The position numbers and the translations under genes were made by a program. 64,000 nucleotides of DNA from NCBI GenBank assembly GCA_963777955.1, contig CAVZSQ010000019.1, forward strand, positions 128,001-192,000, in the 5' to 3' direction. Positions 39,500-50,488 of the stretch are shown piece after piece. Origin of the DNA: Calditrichia bacterium. Lineage in GTDB: Bacteria > Calditrichota > Calditrichia > JAJRVZ01. The notes below the pieces were generated by a model. The model made no database searches. It was not told where the DNA came from and worked only from the letters and a program-made list of their open reading frames with translations. Each line of letters starts with the position of its first letter. Within the stretch, counting starts at the first letter, position 1.

Positions 39500-40869
39500 T
39501 ATTTTTATCTACAATCATATTTTCAACCCGTGGCGGTAAATACTTTTTAATCCAGCTTTCATAATCCCCGTCATAACCGACCTTCTGCTGTAAGTTCTTA
39601 ATCCGGTTATGTATAGCCTGTATCTGTTCCGTCGTCAGTAAACTTTTTCTGGCCAATTTGCGTTGAATCTGGTCTATTTTAGCCTGGCTGTTGCGTTCGG
39701 CTCTCTCGAAAATTTCCTGGTAATCCTGTTCCTGCCAGGCCAGGTATTCATCCATCACCTTTTCCGAAACCTGCCGCCCATGCAGTTGAGATTCTTTTAT
39801 ATTCCCCCTGCCGGTAACAGCATTGCCCGAGGACAAAAACATTCTCAAATCCTTCCATTTGTCCGCTTTCAGTATTTTTGACTTAAATACTCCATCTGCA
39901 AAGGGCAGCATCCGCAATTGGCTCCGGCAAACTGCCGATCGCCGAGATAACCAGGGGAGATTTAACCATGTAGCGACTGTCCGGTATTGTAGTTAATTTT
40001 CCTGCTGATGACACCGTGGTCTTTTCAAAAATCAGACCAGTCAACCTGTCCCTGTCTGCTGTAAAATCGACCGGATAGTGACATTCCCTGAAGCGGAAAA
40101 AGTACTTGCTTTGAAAATTATCCATGATCTTATGACGTACGCGGGAAGCTATTTCAAGTTCCTGCGCTGATGGCCAGGCAGGCAGATTGGTCAGGGGCAT
40201 CTCGCTCAAGCGGCGCCGGTAATATAAGGTACATCCCTGTAAATCCAGTTGGGCCGGAGTAAGGTTTAACTGTTTCAACACTGCCCATACACCTGTTTTC
40301 TCCAGGGTAAGCACATCGAAATAGTAGCCCTGACGTTCCAGTTTTTGCCGCGCTGTTTCGATCGATAAAATCTTGATCACATCCAGGGAGGCCAATCCGC
40401 CGCCAATGACAATTGTACCATCGCTGATATCAAACCGGGGACCCTGATAATCAGGATCGTGATTTTGATTGAACCAGGCTACAAACGGATTCTGATAATA
40501 AAGACCTTTATTGATATAGGCATCGATCCCCTTTACGGGTAAGGGCCGATCCTGCCAGGCCCCGGTGGCCAGCAGGATAGCGCTGAAGTTCCAATTCGTG
40601 ATCAGGTCGGTGAAGGACAGGTCTTTACCCAGACGTACAGAGGGGACATAATGGATCAAGGGGTGCTTGAGTTTAGCGTCGATTTTCTCTTCCTGGCTGT
40701 TGCGCAGGTTGACATGCCATTTGGGTAAACCCGTTTCCAGTTTACCATAAGGCAGGGGATTCTGTTCGAAGATTACACAATTTATATTCCGTTCACTTAA
40801 TCTGGAAGCAGCTTCGGAGCCGGCGACGGCTCCGCCTATAATAGCGACAAAGTGTCCGGGAGAGATCAT
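39495..40869 (-). CDS. FAD/NAD(P)-dependent oxidoreductase (ferredoxin-NADP reductase/GltD-like); one frameshift near 39915
   Basis: IIGGAVAG, ATGA, IGGGLASLD and GNAVTG motifs. Confidence 0.75.
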
Positions 40870-40880
40870 GGGGGAATGCG

Positions 40881-41135
40881 TTACTTTTCTACGACTTCCC
40901 TGTTCTTCAATTCATACTGGCGGCCGGCTTTAACAAACTCATTGATTTCTTCCAGTGAATACTTGTATTCCAGCAACAACTTAACCATACTTTTAGCCCG
41001 GGCATTCTGTTTCTTCTCCTTGCTGCTGCCTTTCTTCTCTTCGGTCAGTGATTTCTCCAGCACATCCTGAAATTCGGTGATAGATCCTTCTTCGTGAGTT
41101 ACTTTCTTTTCTTTGCTTTTGCTGAACCAACCCAT
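40881..41135 (-). CDS. Hypothetical protein
   Basis: 84-aa ORF with AAGGA RBS, co-oriented with the oxidoreductase. Confidence 0.55.
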   Translation of the reverse strand: MGWFSKSKEKKVTHEEGSITEFQDVLEKSLTEEKKGSSKEKKQNARAKSMVKLLLEYKYSLEEINEFVKAGRQYELKNREVVEK

Positions 41136-41198
41136 CGTTTTAATCCTTTCCTTACAAGATTATATTTTCTTTCTAAATGCTGTTTCTTCCTGTAGTTC

Positions 41199-41228
41199 TG
41201 CAGGGACAATCCCAGGATTGTCCCTGCA
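41199..41228. repeat. REP-like palindrome
   Basis: TGCAGGGACAATCC-CA-GGATTGTCCCTGCA. Confidence 0.7.
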
Positions 41229-41313
41229 ATGTAAAAAATATAATTAATTTATATATTTCAGGCGAATTTAAAATAGGTTTATTTAATCGGCGCCAATGAA
41301 GTGATTGTTATGG

Positions 41314-42036
41314 TTAATATCCAAAACAACGGTTACTGAACTCGTTGAAAACACTTATCATTTTTTGCTCCAGGTGTTTGCCCATATCTTCACTGCTCTC
41401 CGGAAACTCTATTTGCTTTGAGACGGTATATTGATGCTGGTAGTGGCCATATGAAATTAACTGTATAATAAACGTGATTTTTAAACGCTGAATTGTTCTT
41501 CCGGGACTGCCTGGAACAAATACCTGATGCTTAGGAGGACCCATCCAGTGACCCGGCGTTCCGGGTGTACTGTAGGATTTATCTTCAAGATCTGTCGATG
41601 ATATATAAAGTACACATGGATCCCAGCCATGGCTCTCGAGAAGATAGGCATCAGGTCGGTTATCAGCGTCAAATTCTTCAATTGATGAAATTCTTTTTTT
41701 CGAGCAAAAAAACTCTGGGATAAGGCCTTTCGCAGCAAAATAGAATAATCACTATCAAATAGAAACTTCTCCCCGGAGTATAAAAAAGATGTTTGAGGAT
41801 ATTTTAACGGATGCCCTTTGGTATTGATAACGAACATGAATTCTTTCTGCAAGCGCAGTTGCGCTTTATACTCCGTATCAGTCTCCTGTATCCTGTATAG
41901 TGATTTCATCGCTTATACTACTCCAGATAGTGATTTCATCGCTGATATTACTCAAGCCAGTATTCTTCATGTCCATATAACAGGCGCATAAACCGGTCAT
42001 CATCAATGCCAATAATCCATAGTATATTCTTGACAT
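41314..42036 (-). CDS. Hypothetical lipoprotein, frameshifted
   Basis: MSRIYYGLLALMMTGLCAC signal; three overlapping ORF pieces. Confidence 0.45.
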
Positions 42037-42172
42037 GCTATTTTCCCTACTAAACATTTTGATCAACAGATTACATTTCCAGTAAAATATGTCTATTTTA
42101 ATTCCGGCTGTCAATAAAAAATATGAGATTTTTTTACAAAATAGTTCTACAGTACCAATTTCTTTTTAAATT

Positions 42173-44023
42173 ATGCCTGCTATGAGAAGTTTACGCACCG
42201 AATTCGGATCTGTTTTTATTGTTTTGTTTATACTGATTATTCTGCTGGCCACCTTTATTGCCTATAATTTTATCCGGTCGGAGCGGGCCCTGGAGCGGTT
42301 GTTAAAACAAAACACTCCGATCGTTAATGCATCGGTACACATGATGGCTGCGCTGGTTGACCTGGAGAGCAGTCAGTTATTGATGAAAACAAGATTTGAT
42401 TCCACGATATATTACAGATTCCACAGTCATCGCGATCAGTTCCTGCGCTGGTATGAAGAAGCTCAGAAGTATTCCGTCCTGCCCATCGAGACATCTTATC
42501 TGGACAGTATTATTACTATTTACCGGACCTACCTGCATGATACAGAATATTACATTAACCTGGCCGGTTACAATAATCCCAGTACAGATCTGTTTTATAT
42601 GTCGCACATTTTACCTGCCGAAGAGCAATTACGCATTTTGACTTTAAAACTACTAGAAGTAAACCAGGATGAAATTATCCAGACCAATCAGGAAATCAGG
42701 GAGATTGTAGGGGCCGAATCAATAATCGCCACCATCAGTTTAGTTGCCTTCGCAATCCTGATCGTCATTGCCTTTAATATCCAATTGACCCACTATTTCA
42801 TTAAACCGACTAAAACATTAATCGAGACTTTCAAGCAGATTGAACGGGGCCGGTTCAAATACAAAATCGATATCACCACGGATGATGAATTCGCTGAATT
42901 GATCAGAGAGTTCAATAAGATGACCGAACGCCTGAGTGAATACGAAAACCTGAATATTCAGCAGTTGCTGACCGAAAAACGCAAGGCCGAAGTGGTGGTT
43001 GACAGCATACTGGAACCGATCATTGTGACCAATATTGAAAATAATATTATACTGATGAACCAGGCCGCCCGGGAACTGCTCAATTTGAATAACAGACAGT
43101 GGCAGGACCAGCTGGTTACTGATTTTATTACAGAACCGAATATAATCAAACTTTTAACTGCCGATACCGTGCAAAGAAAAGAATACGAACAGAATGACTT
43201 TTTACTGACCATAGCCCGGCCCAATAATACCCAGTATTATAAACCGCGCCAGAATGTAATCCAGGATGACCAGGGCAAGATCCAGGGGGTGGTCACAATT
43301 TTCAAAGATGTCACCCAGTTTAAGAATATCGACCGGCTCAAATCTGAATTTATTTCCACTGTTTCGCATGAGTTCCGCACCCCCCTTACTTCCATCAATA
43401 TGGCTGTGGAAATTCTGCTCAGAAAAATAGTAGGTCCGCTCAATGCCGATCAACTTGAACTTTTACAGGCGGTCAAAAACGATACCGAACGCCTGATCAA
43501 AATGGTAAAAAACCTGCTGGATATGTCCAAACTGGAATCCGGGGAATTATTACCGGCCATGGAAGAAATAAATACCGCGGCGATCATCAAATCTACCATA
43601 GATCCCCTGAAATTATTATTTGCCGATAAAAAAATTCAATTTGGTCTGGACTTGCCGGAAAATTTACCGAATACCGTAGGTGAAGCCCAGCAGATATCAT
43701 GGGTCATTTCCAATTTAATCAATAATGCCGTCCGCTACACACCGGCAGGCGGAAAAATAACGGTTAAGGCCGTTCAACAGTTGAATTTTATCAAGATATC
43801 AATCACCGACACTGGTCGCGGCATTCCCCGCGAGGCCTTTGAAAATATTTTCGAAAAATTTGTCCAGGTCAATGAGAAAACCGATTCCACCAGCGGCAGT
43901 GTCGGGTTGGGCCTGGCAATCGCCAAAAAAGTGGTTGAAGCCCACGGCGGAAAGATCTGGGTGGAGAGCGAACTGGGTCAGGGCAGTGTATTTAATTTCA
44001 CCATACCGATCAAAGGGAAATAA
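42173..44023 (+). CDS. HAMP/PAS sensor histidine kinase (KinB-like architecture)
   Basis: Helical periplasmic domain, HAMP, PAS-like region, SHEFRTPL H-box. Confidence 0.9.
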   Translation: MPAMRSLRTEFGSVFIVLFILIILLATFIAYNFIRSERALERLLKQNTPIVNASVHMMAALVDLESSQLLMKTRFDSTIYYRFHSHRDQFLRWYEEAQKYSVLPIETSYLDSIITIYRTYLHDTEYYINLAGYNNPSTDLFYMSHILPAEEQLRILTLKLLEVNQDEIIQTNQEIREIVGAESIIATISLVAFAILIVIAFNIQLTHYFIKPTKTLIETFKQIERGRFKYKIDITTDDEFAELIREFNKMTERLSEYENLNIQQLLTEKRKAEVVVDSILEPIIVTNIENNIILMNQAARELLNLNNRQWQDQLVTDFITEPNIIKLLTADTVQRKEYEQNDFLLTIARPNNTQYYKPRQNVIQDDQGKIQGVVTIFKDVTQFKNIDRLKSEFISTVSHEFRTPLTSINMAVEILLRKIVGPLNADQLELLQAVKNDTERLIKMVKNLLDMSKLESGELLPAMEEINTAAIIKSTIDPLKLLFADKKIQFGLDLPENLPNTVGEAQQISWVISNLINNAVRYTPAGGKITVKAVQQLNFIKISITDTGRGIPREAFENIFEKFVQVNEKTDSTSGSVGLGLAIAKKVVEAHGGKIWVESELGQGSVFNFTIPIKGK

Positions 44024-45351
44024 TGGAAACTCAAACTCCTAAGGTCATTGTTGTCGATGATGAGGAGAATATTTTAAAGACAATCGGTATCTGTTTCAAA
44101 TCTCTTGGTTTTGACACCCAGCTTTTTACCAATCCGGTAGAAGCCCTGCAAAAAATTCATACCGTAAAATTCGACCTGGCTTTTATCGACCTGAAGATGA
44201 TACCGCTGGACGGCCTGGAAATGCTGGCCGAGATTAAAAGGATTTCACCGGATACCACCGTGACCATAATTACCGCCCATGGCAGTATCGAAAGTGCGGT
44301 TGAAGCAATCAAGAAAGGCGCTTATCACTATTTACAGAAACCCTTTAATTATACCGAGCTGCAGATCTTTGCCCAAAAAACCTGGGAATATCACCAGCTG
44401 GCTACCGAAGTGAAAGAGCTGCGCCAGATCATAACACCTGATGAACATGGAATTAAATTCATCACCCGTAATGCCAAAACCCGCGAGATCCTGGATTTAG
44501 CCGAACGGATGGCCGACAGCAATCTGACCATCCTGATCGAGGGCGAGAGCGGGACCGGCAAGGAGTTGATTGCACAATTAATTCATGATAAAAGTTCCCG
44601 GGCCGCTAAACCGCTGGTTAAAATCAATTGTGCAGCCTTGCCCGCAGAATTACTGGAAAGCGAATTATTCGGACATGTGAAGGGATCCTTTACCGGAGCG
44701 GTACAGGATCGGATCGGCCGGTTTGAAATGGCTGACGGGGGTACTATTTTTCTTGATGAAATTGCCGAGATCGCCATGAACATACAGGTCAAATTGCTGC
44801 GGATTCTGCAAACCAAGGAGTTTGAACGGGTGGGAGAAAGCGTCACCCGCAAAGTCGATGTACGCATTCTGGCCGCCACCAATCGTAATCTGGATGAAGC
44901 GCTGCGCGAGGGCATTTTCCGGGATGATCTGTTCTACCGGCTGAATGCTGTACGCTTAAAGTTGTTACCGCTGCGGAACAGGCCCGAGGATATACCGTTA
45001 CTGATTCAACATTTTCTATACAAGCATGATCCTACCAATTCCATAGATATCGCACCGGAATCGATGCGGTTATTCCGGCTGTATCCCTGGCCGGGAAATG
45101 TCCGGGAGATTGAGAATGTCATACAACGGGCTATATTACTTGCTCAAAAAGGTACACTTGAACCACAACATCTGCCGGAAGAAATAAGCCGCCTGGCCGA
45201 ATCCCCGAAACGAATCCCCTCTCTGGAAGAAATGGAAAAGCATCATATCCAGCGGGTTCTTACTCAAACCAGGGATTTTAATGAAGCTGCCAGGATTCTG
45301 GGTATTGATATTGCCACGCTCTGGCGGAAAAGGAAAAAATTCGGTATATGA
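44023..45351 (+). CDS. Sigma54-dependent response regulator (AlgB-like)
   Basis: GESGTGKE, GSFTGA and LGIDIATLWRKRK HTH. Confidence 0.92.
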   Translation: METQTPKVIVVDDEENILKTIGICFKSLGFDTQLFTNPVEALQKIHTVKFDLAFIDLKMIPLDGLEMLAEIKRISPDTTVTIITAHGSIESAVEAIKKGAYHYLQKPFNYTELQIFAQKTWEYHQLATEVKELRQIITPDEHGIKFITRNAKTREILDLAERMADSNLTILIEGESGTGKELIAQLIHDKSSRAAKPLVKINCAALPAELLESELFGHVKGSFTGAVQDRIGRFEMADGGTIFLDEIAEIAMNIQVKLLRILQTKEFERVGESVTRKVDVRILAATNRNLDEALREGIFRDDLFYRLNAVRLKLLPLRNRPEDIPLLIQHFLYKHDPTNSIDIAPESMRLFRLYPWPGNVREIENVIQRAILLAQKGTLEPQHLPEEISRLAESPKRIPSLEEMEKHHIQRVLTQTRDFNEAARILGIDIATLWRKRKKFGI

Positions 45352-45363
45352 TCTTCCGGTATA

Positions 45364-45455
45364 TTGCATATTGCAAAGTTATATAACTCCATCATTTATT
45401 TAAATTAAAACTATCCAATTCAATTATCTCCCTTAATGGCATTGCAATTTGCAAT
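45364..45455. promoter_or_regulatory. Two TTGCA-N3-TGCAA enhancer-like palindromes
   Basis: TTGCATATTGCAA (45364-45376) and ATTGCAATTTGCAAT (45441-45455). Confidence 0.65.
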
Positions 45456-45528
45456 ACCAGGCACAGGCAGTCAGAAAACAGATTTTTACAACCACTTATT
45501 TTTATTTAAGTTATAAATTGGCAGTTAT

Positions 45529-45544
45529 TTGGCATGAGGTTTGA
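45529..45544 (+). promoter_or_regulatory. Sigma54 promoter of the STAS-Exb-TonB operon
   Basis: TTGGCATGAGGTTTGA, about 40 bp upstream of AAGGAGG-ATG. Confidence 0.7.
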
Positions 45545-45582
45545 TGAACGATATGTAGCAACAAAAAAGATAAGGAGGTTTA

Positions 45583-45933
45583 ATGCACATCAAGATGCAT
45601 ACCTACAATAACATGGACGTGGCCGTTTTAGAACTGAAAGGTAATTTTATCGGTGGTAAAGAAACCGATGAACTAAAGGAAAAAGCGGATCAACTCTATG
45701 ACCAGGGGAATCGTAAACTGATTCTCGATTTAGGAGATGTAAGTTATTTAAACAGTAGCGGGATTGGAACACTTATGCACATCTACACGCATTATGTGAA
45801 TGGTAATGGGCGGTTGAAATTGTGCAACATCAGTAAAAACATTCAGAATGCGTTTGTGATTACTCAACTGGTAAAGATCTTTGATATTGAAGACACCCAG
45901 GCCAAGGCTCTGGCCAATTTTGGGAAGGCTTAA
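45583..45933 (+). CDS. STAS-domain anti-sigma-factor antagonist
   Basis: ILDLGDVSYLNSSGIG motif. Confidence 0.88.
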   Translation: MHIKMHTYNNMDVAVLELKGNFIGGKETDELKEKADQLYDQGNRKLILDLGDVSYLNSSGIGTLMHIYTHYVNGNGRLKLCNISKNIQNAFVITQLVKIFDIEDTQAKALANFGKA

Positions 45934-45985
45934 AACAGCCGCTTGGTATGATAAATGTACAATAACCATTAACAAGGAGAAAAAG

Positions 45986-46708
45986 ATGAGACAATCAATT
46001 TTCATGACGGTACTGATCATCGTCGCATTCGCAGTTTCTTATGTTATTTTTCAGTTTATGCCGGATTATATTCAAAAAGGCGGACCGCTGGTAATCTTAT
46101 TGATCATGATGTCACTTATTGTTGTGACTTATATTATCGAAAGACTTTTTGCCCTGCGCGCGGCTCGTGGCAAAGCTTCCTTATTATCTTTCCTGCGGGA
46201 TATTAAAAAATTTATCGATAACGAACAGATAGATGAAGCGCTGGCTGCTTGTGACCGTCAACGCGGTTCCTGCGCCAATGTATTACGCTCTGGTCTGGAA
46301 AAATACAGAACCCTGAAAAGTTCCGGAAGGGCCCTGGAACAAAAACAAACCATGGAAGAAATACAGAGATCCATCGATGAGGCCATGATGCTGGAAGTTC
46401 CTCTGCTGGAAAAAAATCTGGTGGTACTGTCCACTGTTGCTTCCATCGCTACTCTGACCGGTTTACTGGGAACCACCATCGGTATGATCCGTGCCTTCAA
46501 AGCCCTGGCTAAATCAGGTGCTCCGGATGCAATCGCCTTGTCACTCGGTATTTCGGAAGCTCTGATCAATACCGCCGGTGGATTGATTTGCGCCGTCATG
46601 GGTATTATTGCCTATAATTATTTCGCTACCAGGATCGATAATTTCACATACATGATTGATGAAGCCAGTTATTCCATGATTCAGACCCTCGGTCTGACCA
46701 AACGCTAA
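45986..46708 (+). CDS. MotA/TolQ/ExbB proton-channel protein
   Basis: GLLGTTIGMIRAF and GISEALINTA motifs. Confidence 0.92.
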   Translation: MRQSIFMTVLIIVAFAVSYVIFQFMPDYIQKGGPLVILLIMMSLIVVTYIIERLFALRAARGKASLLSFLRDIKKFIDNEQIDEALAACDRQRGSCANVLRSGLEKYRTLKSSGRALEQKQTMEEIQRSIDEAMMLEVPLLEKNLVVLSTVASIATLTGLLGTTIGMIRAFKALAKSGAPDAIALSLGISEALINTAGGLICAVMGIIAYNYFATRIDNFTYMIDEASYSMIQTLGLTKR

Positions 46709-46735
46709 CATTTAATAATATAAAGGAATTAAATC

Positions 46736-47197
46736 ATGGTTCACAAAAAAGGTCGCATCAATATCTTCATCGACATGACTCCCATGGTGGACGTCACCTT
46801 CTTATTGCTGACCTTCTTCATGCTGACCACCCAGTTCCGGCCGCCCCAGGAAGCCGAAGTGATTCTGCCCTTTTCACATTCGTCTTTCAAATTACCCGAG
46901 TCGGATGTCATGACCATTTCGGTGACCAAAGATAATAAAATTTTCCTTGGTCTTGACTCCCAGAAACTGCGCGAAGAGATATTCGGAGTAGAAAATAAAC
47001 TGCGTTCAGGAATAGAAGTGGAAAAGGGAGCCCTGGCCAATATGATGGTCCAGGCCCGCATGAGGAATCCGCGCTTACGTACCGTAATCCGCGGCGATAA
47101 GGGTGCCCCCTTCGGACCGATTGAAGATATCATGGATATTCTGCAAAAAGCAAATATCACCAAATTTAATTTGGTGACCGAACTAGAAAAAAGTTAA
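46736..47197 (+). CDS. ExbD/TolR family protein
   Basis: DMTPMVDVTFLLLTFFM motif. Confidence 0.92.
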   Translation: MVHKKGRINIFIDMTPMVDVTFLLLTFFMLTTQFRPPQEAEVILPFSHSSFKLPESDVMTISVTKDNKIFLGLDSQKLREEIFGVENKLRSGIEVEKGALANMMVQARMRNPRLRTVIRGDKGAPFGPIEDIMDILQKANITKFNLVTELEKS

Positions 47198-47208
47198 TGA
47201 GGTGAAAT

Positions 47209-47722
47209 ATGGCTGGTGCAACAGTTGCCGAGCCTAAAAGTTCGGCAAAAAAAGGAAAAAAACAGAAAAAATCTAAAAAAAGAATCCCGGTTCGTATTGA
47301 TATGACACCTATGGTCGATGTGGTTATGTTATTGATTACCTTTTTCATGTTGACAACGGTTTTCAATACACCGCAAACCATGGAGATCAATCTGCCCCCT
47401 AATAATATGGATACCAGTGTTCGAGTCGGTGAATCTAGATCTGTTGACTTTGCGGATTATTACCGATGGAACCATTATGTGGAATTTCGGATATCGAGCC
47501 ACCGGTGATTATTGAATTTAAAGATCTGCGACAGATGTTGGTCGCGAAATCTGAAGGACAAACCTAAAAACTTGTTACCTGGTAAAAGTGGAACGGGAAA
47601 GTACCTATGAAATGATGGTCAATCTCATGGATGAATTGAATCTGGTCGGTATTCCGCGTTTCAGTATTGCTCCTTTTAAACAATACGACCAGGATATCGT
47701 TAAACGTGTACTGGGTACATAA
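47209..47722 (+). CDS. Second ExbD/TolR family protein; frameshifted
   Basis: DMTPMVDVVMLLITFFM; shifted frame gives YEMMVNLMDEL to TAA at 47722. Confidence 0.85.
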
Positions 47723-47740
47723 ATAAAGGAGTTATAAACA

Positions 47741-48478
47741 ATGACTCAGAATATTGCTGTACTAAATCCTCTAACCTATCCGGGTTCCGTTGAATTCAAG
47801 CAAAAATTACGCAAATATACCTCCTGGGCGCTATGGTATTGCAGCTTCGATTCATGTTGTTCTTTTGCGTGCCTATTGGGGTTCGGTATGGTGGGAAAGT
47901 TTGGAGGAACCACCGCAAAGAACCATCCGTATCATGAAATATACGGATCTGGGACCGCCCCCTTCTATTGCCGGTTCTGCTAACGTGGCGCCTTCGGTGT
48001 CGGTGGCCAGTCCAACCGCAAAACCAAGCGTCGGTGTACCTGTACCGGTTCCTGATGCGGAAGTAAGTCCGGAACAGACTCTGGCTACTCAGCAGGAAAT
48101 GAGTACGGCAGGGAGCAGTCGGTGAAGGTAGCGGAGAAGGAGGAGCAGTCGAGATTGAGGATGACCTTAATATCGATGATCAACCTCCACCCGGATTTTG
48201 TACCGTTCCAGAAAGGACCGACTATAGTTAAACGCGTTGATCCGGCCTATCCCGAAATCGCCCGCAAAGCGGAGATCGAGGGAAAAGTCTGGGCCAAGGT
48301 CTGGATTGACAAAGAAGGGAAAATCCGCCAGGTGGTTATTATCAAGAGTGATTCGGAAATTTTTAACCAGGCGGTTATCGACGCGGTCAACAAATGGACT
48401 TTCACACCGGCCTTGATGAGTACCGGTCCGGTCGCGGTTTGGTTGTCTTTACCTTTTGTCTTTAAGTTGAATAAATAG
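47741..48478 (+). CDS. Energy transducer TonB; frameshifted
   Basis: Pro-rich linker VPVPVPD; TonB-C domain YPEIARKAEIEGKV...WTFTPA. Confidence 0.85.
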
Positions 48479-48495
48479 ATAGTAATATAAAGACC

Positions 48496-48537
48496 TACTT
48501 TCTCTCCCCCCGGCTTTGTCGGGGGGAGCAGGAGTAG
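48496..48537 (+). other. Strong intergenic hairpin between the tonB paralogues
   Basis: CTCCCCCCGGC-TTT-GTCGGGGGGAG core with flanking CTACT/AGTAG pairing. Confidence 0.55.
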
Positions 48538-48608
48538 AAAGTGAAGGATGAACCGAGCGCGCTGAGCAGGATTGCGCAGCATAAACATAAACCAGGGAGG
48601 AACAAAAA

Positions 48609-49352
48609 ATGACACATCAAATGATTTTGTCAGCCCCTCTATCCGGTTATGGTGCCTGCGAACTGAAGCAAAAATTGCACAAAAATGTCATGACGGGGCT
48701 CACGCTGGCGACTATTATTTATAGTATGCTTACTTGAGTTCGTACTGGTCATCTGTTTATCTGACCAGTGCAGATTATGACTCGACAATATGCTCACTGT
48801 CGCCAAAAGCCGTCCTGTTGATTGATTGGCCACATCCAGGTATAGGTCCGATAAGATCCGCTGATCGACTGGGCGTGGCCGTGGCTGCTACATCCAGGTA
48901 AACCAAATTTTGGGACACCTGTACCGGTACCGGAAGTAACTTTAAAAAGCGACATACCATTCGCTAAACAGACAGAAGTCAGTGCTGCAGGCCAACCGGG
49001 AGAAGGAACCGATCAAGGCGATATAATTATACCGCCTGCAACACCCGTTGGCGATGAACCCCCTCCTCCATTTGTTCCTGTAGAAAAACTGCCGATTATC
49101 GTCAAACGCGTAAATCCCGTGTACCCTGAACTTGCCCGCAGGATGGAACTGGAAGGCAGAGTCTGGGCTAAGGTTTGGATTGACAAAAAAGGCAAGGTAC
49201 GCCAGGTAGTCATCATTAAAAGTGATTCGGAATTATTCAACGAATCTGTGATTAAGGCAGTTGAACAATGGAGTTTTGCACCGGCCCTGATGAACAATGG
49301 ACCGGTAGATGTATGGATGTCTTTACCTTTTGTCTTTAAACTGAATAAATAA
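48609..49352 (+). CDS. Second TonB paralogue; N-terminal half heavily disrupted
   Basis: GGAGG RBS and ATG at 48609; intact TonB-C domain YPELARRMELEGRV...FKLNK. Confidence 0.7.
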
Positions 49353-49357
49353 ATACT

Positions 49358-49573
49358 ATGAAAAAGTTTGATATACCAAGGTTGCTTGGATATGCCGTCG
49401 GTTCTGTGTCGTTGCTGTTCGGACTGTCTATTATCCTGAACTTGTGGGATTTACCTGTGCCTGCTCTCACCAGGAACATATTCGGTTTTGTACTAATCCT
49501 TCTGGGTATCTATCGTTTTTCTGTTACCAGTTTGCAAAAACGACAAGAAAGGAGGAGATATGGTGATGACTAA
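49358..49573 (+). CDS. Small two-TM membrane protein
   Basis: Two hydrophobic segments ending GIYRF; overlaps the next gene. Confidence 0.65.
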   Translation: MKKFDIPRLLGYAVGSVSLLFGLSIILNLWDLPVPALTRNIFGFVLILLGIYRFSVTSLQKRQERRRYGDD

Positions 49574-50487
49574 AAAATCATTAATCTTCTTAATCGCTTT
49601 GATGTTAAGCAGTTGTTACGTCGAGAAGCAGGAAACGGCCACCAGCGGCCGGCTGACCGTCCAGGCATCCGACGGGTATCAGGATCTGACCCAGCGGGAA
49701 GCCAATCGTTTCCAGGAGTTATATCCCCAGGCAAAATTTACGGTTATCCCGGCCAGTACCCGCGAAACTATTGTTAATATGCTCAATGACAGTATCAACC
49801 TCATTGTGGTCGACCGGGCCATGAATAATGAAGAACGTCAGGTTTATAAACAGGCTCAACTGGCCGTACAGGAGGTCAAAATTGCACTGGACGCGCTGGT
49901 GATCCTGGTCAATGCCGATAATAGCATTAATAATATATCTTTAGAAAATCTTAAAAGAGTACTGCAGGGTCAAATCAGTAATTGGAATATTGTTAGAAGG
50001 ATCCAATCTATCGAGTGAAATCGAGGTGACCTGCACCGGCAGAAACTCAGGCAGTTTTGAGTTAATTCAGAAACATCTGCTGGACAGTACTTTTACTTTT
50101 TTCCCTGATACAATTTTAACTAAACAGATTGATATTGTGCAGCATACGATAAAAAATAAATCCGCCCTGGGCATCATTTCCCATGCCTGTTACAGTTCCA
50201 TCCGATCAACTGCAGATTCTGCAGCCGTGCGCCTGTTGTCAATCGAAGTTGTAGACTCCCTTAACCAAGTACATAATTATTATCCTTATCAAGCCTATAT
50301 ATATGGCGGAGAATATCCGCTTCATTATCCCGTATATGTATATGTCCGGTCCGATAAATCGGAATTAGCCTTAGGTTTCAGTGCGTTTATTGCCAGTGCA
50401 GAGGGTCAGAAAATAATTCTGAATTATGGATTAGTACCGGCGACGCAGCCTGTCCGTTTGGTTCAATTAACTCAGGAGCAATTGTAA
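49560..50487 (+). CDS. PstS-like substrate-binding lipoprotein (PBP2 fold); one frameshift
   Basis: LSSC lipobox; IALDALVILVN, YPL..PVY and GQKIIL motifs. Confidence 0.75.
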
Positions 50488-50488
50488 A

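Noticed and set aside
49560..50487. A true pst phosphate ABC operon
   Set aside because: No pstC/A/B genes and no Pho box; the gene sits in an Exb/TonB/TPR operon
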